From assembly GCA_036770745.1 (NCBI GenBank), contig DAIPIQ010000059.1, positions 1 to 20,519 of the forward strand: DNA of 20,519 nucleotides, written 5' to 3'. The translations under genes were made by a program, and so were the position numbers. Each line of letters opens with the position of its first letter. Within the stretch, counting starts at the first letter, position 1. Below the pieces are notes generated by a model, which was not told the DNA's origin, searched no databases, and saw nothing but the letters and a program-made list of their open reading frames with translations. The stretch is from Opitutaceae bacterium (GTDB lineage: Bacteria; Verrucomicrobiota; Verrucomicrobiia; Opitutales; Opitutaceae). Shown here piece by piece: positions 7,820 to 13,299 of the stretch.

Positions 7820-8872
7820 ATGAACAAGACCCACTCCATCGCCCTCTACCCCGGAGACGGCATCGGCGTCGACGTGACCGAAGCCGCGGTCGAGGTGTTG
7901 ACGGCGCTCGTGGACCGGCACGGGGGCTTCGGCCTGAGGTTCACCCGCTTCGAGTGGGGCGTGGAACACCACGCGCGCCACGGGGTGGTCGCCCCGGATG
8001 GATTTCTCGAGACCTTGAAGGGGTTCGACGCGATCTTTCTCGGCGCCGTCGGCTGGCCGGCCCGGCTTCCCGACAACGTCACGCTGAAGCCGTTGATCCG
8101 GATCCGCCAGGGTTTCGACCTCTACGCGTGCGTCCGGCCGGCGCGGACCTTTCCGGGGGTGCGCAGCCTCCTCGCCGGCGCACCGGCGATCGACATGGTC
8201 GTCGTCCGCGAGAACTCCGAGGGCGAGTACGTGGACGTGGGCGGGCGCTTTCACGAAGGCGCGCCCGAGGAGTTCGCCGTGCAGAGCGCGCTCCACACGC
8301 GGCGGGGAATCGAGCGGGTGTTGCGCTTCAGCTTCGAGCTCGCACGCACGCGCCGCCGGCGCCTCACCGTCGCGACCAAGTCCAACGCCCAGCGGCACGC
8401 CTACGTCCTCTGGGAGGAGGTGGCGGCGGAGCTTTCCGGAGAGTATCGCGACGTCGAGCTGGACCATCAGCACATCGATGCGCTCACCATGAACTTCGTG
8501 CGTCGCCCGGAGTCCTTCGACGTCGTGGCGGCCTCGAACCTCTTCGGCGACATCCTGACCGATCTCTCCGGCGCGATCACCGGCGGAATCGGGCTGAACC
8601 CGTCGGCCAACCTGGATCCGACCCGACGCAGTCCCTCGCTCTTCGAGCCGGTGCACGGCTCGGCCCCCGACATCGCGGGGAAGGGAGTCGCCAACCCGAC
8701 GGGTGCGATCCTCGCCGCCGCGATGATGCTCGAGTGGCTGGGCGAGGCCGTGGGCGCGGGTCGTATCCGGGAATCGGTGACGGCGACGCTCGCGGCGGGC
8801 CGGACGACCCCGGACCTCGGGGGGAGTCTCTCGACCGCGGCGTTCACCCGTGCGGTCGTGGCCGCCCTCTGA
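7820..8872 (+). CDS. tartrate dehydrogenase/decarboxylase / D-malate dehydrogenase (isocitrate-isopropylmalate dehydrogenase family)
   Basis: Strong similarity to E. coli DmlA/TtuC-type enzymes along the whole length: IALYPGDGIG, FDAIFLGAVGWP, VVRENSEGEY, ATKSNA, ASNLFGDILTDL, SLFEPVHGSAPDIAGKGVANP. Start at the ATG of MNKTHSIAL (350 aa). Confidence 0.85.
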   Translation: MNKTHSIALYPGDGIGVDVTEAAVEVLTALVDRHGGFGLRFTRFEWGVEHHARHGVVAPDGFLETLKGFDAIFLGAVGWPARLPDNVTLKPLIRIRQGFDLYACVRPARTFPGVRSLLAGAPAIDMVVVRENSEGEYVDVGGRFHEGAPEEFAVQSALHTRRGIERVLRFSFELARTRRRRLTVATKSNAQRHAYVLWEEVAAELSGEYRDVELDHQHIDALTMNFVRRPESFDVVAASNLFGDILTDLSGAITGGIGLNPSANLDPTRRSPSLFEPVHGSAPDIAGKGVANPTGAILAAAMMLEWLGEAVGAGRIRESVTATLAAGRTTPDLGGSLSTAAFTRAVVAAL

Positions 8873-8960
8873 CGGCGGGCGTTTCAACAATGTGATGCCG
8901 CGGGTCGCTTGCCTCTGCGCGGCGGCGGGGTATCCCGGAGGCGAAGCCCCACGAAAGATC

Positions 8961-10193
8961 ATGCCGCACTCCCCCGATCCGCTCTCCCGTCGTCGTTTCT
9001 TGAAACAAGCCGCCGTCCTCGGAGGCGCGGCCGCCGCTCCCGCGGTCTTCGGCGCGCCGGGCGCCGCGGCGGCCGGCGGCGTCTCGTCGCTCTCCGAAGT
9101 CAAGGTGACGGGCGTCAAATGCCACATCGTGCACGAGCTCGCGCTCGTCGAGTTGAGCACCGACGCGGGCGTCACCGGCTGGGGCGAATGCGCTTGGGAC
9201 GGCGGTCCGCTCATGAAGCGTTTCGTCGAGGACCTGCTCGCGCCGGAATGCATCGGCGAGAGCGTCCACGACGTGCGCCGGCTCTGGGACTGGATGTACT
9301 ACGAGAACCACGACCTCGGCCCGGGCGGGGCGCTGCCCAACGCGATCGCCGGGGTGGACATCGCCTTGTGGGACGCGCGGGGGCGGCTGCTCGGGCTGCC
9401 GGTGCACCAGCTCCTCGGCGGCGCCTACCGCGACAAGATCGAGGCCTACGGGAGCGTGCCCGTGCGACGGGGCCGGGTGAGCGTGGAGGATTGCGTGAAG
9501 CGCTGCGTCGCCTTCGTCGAGCAGGGCTACAAGTGCGTGAAGGTGCGGATGCAGATCCGCGAGCACCACCTCAACCCCGATCCCGATCCGACCTTCGCCT
9601 ACGTCGCCGCGGTGCGGAAGGCGGTCGGCGACGGGATCGAGCTGATGGTCGACGCCAACAACGGCTACTCCGCCCAGCGCGCGATCCAGACGGCGATCCG
9701 CCTCCACGAGGAGTGGGGCGTGAACTATTTCGAGGACCCGGTCTCCGACCAGAACAACCTGGAGATGGCGCAGGTCACCGCCGCGCTCGACCGGGTGGAG
9801 ATCGTTGCCGGGGAGAAGTGCTACACGCGTTGGCAGATCAAGGAGCTCATCACGGTGGGCGACGTCGACATCCTGAACCCCGACGTCATCAAGGCCGGCG
9901 GTTTCACCGAGATGGACCGTATCCATCACCTGGCGACGTGTTACCAGAAGCCGATCCAGCTCCACAACACGCGCCCGACCGTCTCGACGGCCGCCTCGCT
10001 TCAGTTGATGGCGACGACCAACCAGGTCGCGCGCTACATGGAGTTCCCGATCATGAACGAGACCCTGGAGGCGCAGGCGCGGCTCTTCGACAAGGACGTG
10101 CGGCCGCGGGACGGCTGGCTGCACCTGCCGACGGGGCCCGGCATCGGGATCGAGCCCGATCGCGCGGCGTTGCGCGCGGCTACGGGCGCATAG
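8961..10193 (+). CDS. mandelate racemase / muconate lactonizing enzyme (enolase superfamily) protein with twin-arginine (Tat) signal peptide; probable acid-sugar dehydratase/cycloisomerase
   Basis: Canonical Tat motif SRRRFLKQAAVLGGAAAA, followed by an Ala-rich h-region. Enolase-superfamily hallmarks: capping-domain start VKVTGVKCHIV..GVTGWGE, the KxK motif (YKCVKVRM), and metal ligands in VDANNGY, FEDP and ILNPDVIKAGG. No alternative in-frame start exists between the Tat motif and the first beta-strand. Confidence 0.8.
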   Translation: MPHSPDPLSRRRFLKQAAVLGGAAAAPAVFGAPGAAAAGGVSSLSEVKVTGVKCHIVHELALVELSTDAGVTGWGECAWDGGPLMKRFVEDLLAPECIGESVHDVRRLWDWMYYENHDLGPGGALPNAIAGVDIALWDARGRLLGLPVHQLLGGAYRDKIEAYGSVPVRRGRVSVEDCVKRCVAFVEQGYKCVKVRMQIREHHLNPDPDPTFAYVAAVRKAVGDGIELMVDANNGYSAQRAIQTAIRLHEEWGVNYFEDPVSDQNNLEMAQVTAALDRVEIVAGEKCYTRWQIKELITVGDVDILNPDVIKAGGFTEMDRIHHLATCYQKPIQLHNTRPTVSTAASLQLMATTNQVARYMEFPIMNETLEAQARLFDKDVRPRDGWLHLPTGPGIGIEPDRAALRAATGA

Positions 10194-10259
10194 CCGTGGC
10201 GGTGGCGAGGAGGGTGGACGCCGGCCTCTGAACGGCGTTGCTTCGCGTGCCCTCCGCCC

Positions 10260-10340
10260 CACGCCTCTCGGCGAGAGGCGTGCCACCTCGGAAAATCGAA
10301 AAGCGCCAGCCAGGTAGCGCGCCTTTCGCCGAAAGGCGCG
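10260..10340. terminator. Two tandem GC-rich hairpins between convergent genes (candidate bidirectional terminators)
   Basis: Hairpin 1: CACGCCTCTC-GGC-GAGAGGCGTG (approx 10260-10282), a 10-bp perfect stem. Hairpin 2: CGCGCCTTT-CGCCG-AAAGGCGCG (approx 10318-10340), a 9-bp stem. Between them lies the A-rich run GGAAAATCGAAAAG. Coordinates are approximate, plus or minus 2. Confidence 0.35.
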
Positions 10341-10408
10341 AGAGCACGACGTGGTCCTGGGGCCCGCGTCCACCTTTCAGGATTGAACGTCCGTCGCGGG
10401 CCGTCCGT

Positions 10409-11464
10409 TCAGGCCGGGACGGCGGCGGCGGGAGCGCGGGCCGGACGGAGCGTCGAGCCCTCGTTCCACGTGCCCTCGAGGAGGAGCTGCTGCGGCAGGG
10501 CGGGCACGCCGCGGTCGTCGCGGTGGAGCATGTCGACAAGCAGGTCCACCGCCATCTGACCGACCTGTGAGGGATGTTTCAGCATTCCGGAGGCCTCGGG
10601 CAGATCGGATCCGTGGCGGACGAGCGAGTGCAGGGCCACGCCGATCCCCCCGGGCACCTCGTGGCCGGCTTCGCGGAGGGCCGTGACCACTTCCGGGAGT
10701 TTCGAGATGATCACGTCGGGACGGCGCCGCTCCACCCAATCGAGGAAGGCCCGGCGATCCCAGGCGTCGACGAGAAGCGGAGGCAGCCGATCGGCGCGCC
10801 GGAGCGTCTGCTGGTGGACGAGGAAGGCCGCGGACCAGTTGCAATCGACGCGGTCGTCGTGCTCGCGAAACCCGACCAGCGCCGGGCGGGTGTAGCCCCG
10901 GGCGTGCGTCTCCGCGAGCAGTTGGGTCATCATCCGGTAGGCGTGGTGGTAGACGTTGTGGAGCCGGGGCGCGATGCGGGTGCGGCCGATCGTCACGGCG
11001 GAGAATTCGCTCCAGCGCAGGTCGATCTCGCGCGGGTGGTGTTGGGGGGCGAGGAGCACGCCGCGGATGCCGCGGGCCACGAGGATGTCGCTGAGGCGGG
11101 CGCCACCCATGCCCGGTTCGCCGGCCCAGAAGTGGTCGAGCCGGTAGCCGCGCTCCTGGGCGCGGGATTCGGCCCCGTTGAAATAGAGGCACTGGCAGGA
11201 GTTTTCCCGCCAAAGGTCCCGGGTGGGATGGTTCGTGATCCAGGCGAGCACCGCGCGTTCGCAGACGGGCCGGCGGCCGACGCGGTAGGCGTTGAGCGCG
11301 GCGAGCATCGGGTCGGGGCGGTAGCCGAGGGCGTCGGCCGCGGCCTGGATGCGGTGACGGGTGGCCGGGGAGATGCTCGGGTGGTTTCGCAGCGCGAGCG
11401 AGACGGTGGAATAGTGACAGCCGGCGTGGCGCGCGATGTCGCGGGTCGTGGGGCGGGGAGTCAT
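10409..11464 (-). CDS. LacI family transcriptional regulator
   Basis: N-terminal HTH TTRDIARHAGCHYSTVSLALRN (LacI-type), then a periplasmic-binding-protein-like sugar-binding domain. Start at the ATG of MTPRPTTRDIA (351 aa); upstream track residues are low-complexity. Confidence 0.85.
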   Translation of the reverse strand: MTPRPTTRDIARHAGCHYSTVSLALRNHPSISPATRHRIQAAADALGYRPDPMLAALNAYRVGRRPVCERAVLAWITNHPTRDLWRENSCQCLYFNGAESRAQERGYRLDHFWAGEPGMGGARLSDILVARGIRGVLLAPQHHPREIDLRWSEFSAVTIGRTRIAPRLHNVYHHAYRMMTQLLAETHARGYTRPALVGFREHDDRVDCNWSAAFLVHQQTLRRADRLPPLLVDAWDRRAFLDWVERRRPDVIISKLPEVVTALREAGHEVPGGIGVALHSLVRHGSDLPEASGMLKHPSQVGQMAVDLLVDMLHRDDRGVPALPQQLLLEGTWNEGSTLRPARAPAAAVPA

Positions 11465-11489
11465 TTCTGCAGGCACTGTAGGCCGAGGC

Positions 11490-11506
11490 GGAGTTGGTTC
11501 AACTCC
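11490..11506. promoter_or_regulatory. Candidate operator: 7-bp inverted repeat GGAGTTG-gtt-CAACTCC ~25 nt upstream of the LacI start codon
   Basis: Perfect inverted repeat seen directly in the sequence. Its position fits autoregulation of a LacI-family regulator. No second copy was found upstream of the TBDR. Confidence 0.25.
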
Positions 11507-11534
11507 GGTCGGCGGAGGGGCGGAGCGGAGGCCA

Positions 11535-11712
11535 GTGCAATCAAGAGTGGTGGCATGCCTCGGTTCTACGGAGGACCGACGGGCTTCTTCGCGGCCGATT
11601 CGGACGCATCGACCACGGTGACCTTGCATGCCTTGGTCGTGGGCCGGGGTTGATCCCCGGCTTCCGAATGAGAGCGCCGAAAAAGCCGGGGATCAACCCC
11701 GGCCCACGACTG
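11535..11712 (+). repeat. Copy C of the ~200-bp palindromic element (right TIR truncated at the 3' end of the ArgH-family gene)
   Basis: Left TIR-like end GTGCAATCAAGAGTGGTGGCA (11535-11555). Module at 11556-11635, near-identical to the reverse complement of copy A. Perfect 28-bp stem GTCGTGGGCCGGGGTTGATCCCCGGCTT (11636-11663) pairs with AAGCCGGGGATCAACCCCGGCCCACGAC (11683-11710). Loop CCGAATGAGAGCGCCGAAA is similar to the copy A loop. Confidence 0.85.
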
Positions 11713-11732
11713 CAGCTGCTTGGCGGAGCCGG

Positions 11733-13220
11733 TCAGCGGGCCCGGTCGGCGAGGGCGTCGAAACGGCGGCCGAGGGCCTCGGAGGCTCGGCCCAGGCGCT
11801 CGCGTTCACCGGCGGTCCAGTCGCGGTTCGCGGCGGTGTCCCGCTCTTGGTCCTTCAACATCCGCGCGGTCTCGGCGGGTTGGGGACCGCCCACGCCCTT
11901 GCGGGCGCGGACGATCTCGAGGGGATCGAAGGCGCGGCGCAGTTGCGCCTCGGAAAGCGGTAGTTCGGCGTCGGCCACACGGCGGTAGATCGCGGCGACT
12001 TCCTCGCGGGTGAGGTCGACCGGGCGTTTGCCGAGAGAGCGACCGTGGGTCGTCAGTTCGGAGGCGACACGATAGCCGATGCGGAAGGGGACGTCGGCTT
12101 CGCGGAGAAGCGTGTCGGCGAGCTCGGTCATCGTCGAGTAGTCGGCGTCGACGTGGCCGCGCAGGCGGACCGGATCGATCACGAGGCCGTCGAGGATCCG
12201 GCCGAGCTGGGCGTACATCGAACCGGCGGTCTCGGAAAACACGAGCAGGCGCGCGAGGTGGTCCTCGCGGACGTCCTTCACCTCGTAGAGCGGCGTATTG
12301 TGGGCGAAGAAGGCGGAGGCGTGGCCGTTGGCGACCACCTCGCTGGCGGAGAGGCGGAGGCGCTCGATCGCGCTGGGGTTGCGCTTCTGCGGCATGATGC
12401 TGCTGCGGCTGGTGACGTTGTCGCCGAGGTAGATGCCGGGGGCGGGGTCGTCGTATTGGACGATCAGCGACTGGGCGAAGCGCCCGATCCCGAGGGCGGA
12501 GAGGCCGAGGGCGGCGGCGTATTCGACCTTGCTGTCGGCGGTGGAGACCATGATCGCGTCGTAGGCGTTCTCGACCAGGCCATCGAAGCCCAGCAGCTCG
12601 GCAAGCAGGGGGCGGTCGAGCGGGAATCCGGAGGTGGTGAAGGCCCCGGCGCCGAGCGGGCTGAGGTTGATCCGGGCGTGGATCTCGCGGAGGCGTCGCT
12701 GGTCGCGGGCGAGACCGGCGTCGAAGGCGAGGAGGAAATGGGCCACGGTCGTCGGCTGGGCCTGCACGGCGTGGGTGAAGCCCGGCATCACGCTCTCGAG
12801 GTGTGCGCCGGCCATGGCTTGGAGGCGGGTGCGGACGGCTCCGATGTCGTCGACGCGGGCGAGGAGGTGCTCGCGCAGGATCATCCGGTTCATCGCGGCG
12901 TTGAGGTCGTTGCGGCTGCGCCCGATGTGGAGGTTGGAGGCCTCGGGCCCGATCCGCGCCTGGAGGCGCCGTTCGAGGTCGAGGTAGTTCGTGGAGCGGT
13001 CCTCCTCGCGGGCCGCCATCTCCGACGCGGTGGCGCGCAAGGCCGCGGCGATCCGGGCGGCTTCGTCGGCTGGGAGGATCGCGCGCTCGGCGAGCATCAC
13101 GATCTGGGCGCGGTTCGTCTCGATGAGGTGGTCGTGCAGGTCGCGCTCGGCGGCGGTCGTACCGAAGGGGGCGAGGACGGCGAGGGCGAGGAGGGTGGGG
13201 CGAAGATCGGATGGGCTCAT
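11733..13220 (-). CDS. argH: argininosuccinate lyase family protein (fumarate lyase superfamily), atypical N- and C-termini
   Basis: ArgH-like throughout the core: VMPGFTH..QAQPTT, SPLGAGA, TSRSSIMPQKRNP (family signature, ArgH-type Q), MTELADTLL, VPFR. It lacks the conserved N-terminal WGGRF segment. In its place is MSPSDLRPTLLALAVLAPFGTTAAE, which looks like a signal peptide, and there is a ~50-aa C-terminal extension. The start is taken at ATG 13220, not the upstream TTG of the track. Confidence 0.75.
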   Translation of the reverse strand: MSPSDLRPTLLALAVLAPFGTTAAERDLHDHLIETNRAQIVMLAERAILPADEAARIAAALRATASEMAAREEDRSTNYLDLERRLQARIGPEASNLHIGRSRNDLNAAMNRMILREHLLARVDDIGAVRTRLQAMAGAHLESVMPGFTHAVQAQPTTVAHFLLAFDAGLARDQRRLREIHARINLSPLGAGAFTTSGFPLDRPLLAELLGFDGLVENAYDAIMVSTADSKVEYAAALGLSALGIGRFAQSLIVQYDDPAPGIYLGDNVTSRSSIMPQKRNPSAIERLRLSASEVVANGHASAFFAHNTPLYEVKDVREDHLARLLVFSETAGSMYAQLGRILDGLVIDPVRLRGHVDADYSTMTELADTLLREADVPFRIGYRVASELTTHGRSLGKRPVDLTREEVAAIYRRVADAELPLSEAQLRRAFDPLEIVRARKGVGGPQPAETARMLKDQERDTAANRDWTAGERERLGRASEALGRRFDALADRAR

Positions 13221-13238
13221 GGAGGGAGGGAAAAACAA

Positions 13239-13264
13239 CGCGCGGGATCATGGGATCCCGCGCG
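13239..13264 (-). terminator. Intrinsic-terminator-like hairpin plus T-tract between TBDR stop and ArgH-family start
   Basis: GCGCGGGATC-ATGG-GATCCCGCGC is a perfect 10-11-bp stem. On the minus strand it is followed by GCGTTGTTTTTCCC, which is T-rich. It sits 18 nt upstream of the ArgH-family ATG. Confidence 0.45.
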
Positions 13265-13299
13265 TGGAGAAGACAAGGGGACGTGGTCGCCGCGAGGGA

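Noticed and set aside
5897-9253. 1118-aa minus-strand ORF
   Set aside because: Only the last 276 codons (5897-6727) form a real amidohydrolase-2 lactonase. The remainder is Arg/Pro/Gly-rich and antisense to the tartrate dehydrogenase and enolase genes and to the separate upstream hydrolase gene. This is typical spurious open frame in 70% GC DNA.
998-11712. CRISPR array interpretation of the repeated palindromes
   Set aside because: The copies are 3.5-7 kb apart, occur in both orientations, are ~200 bp long and contain a conserved module plus TIRs. There are no short regularly spaced direct repeats with spacers, and there are no cas genes.
13221-13238. TTG start at 13238 for the ArgH-family gene (track ORF start)
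   Set aside because: The extra MFFPPS codons overlap the T-tract of the upstream terminator hairpin. The ATG at 13220 is the more plausible initiation codon.
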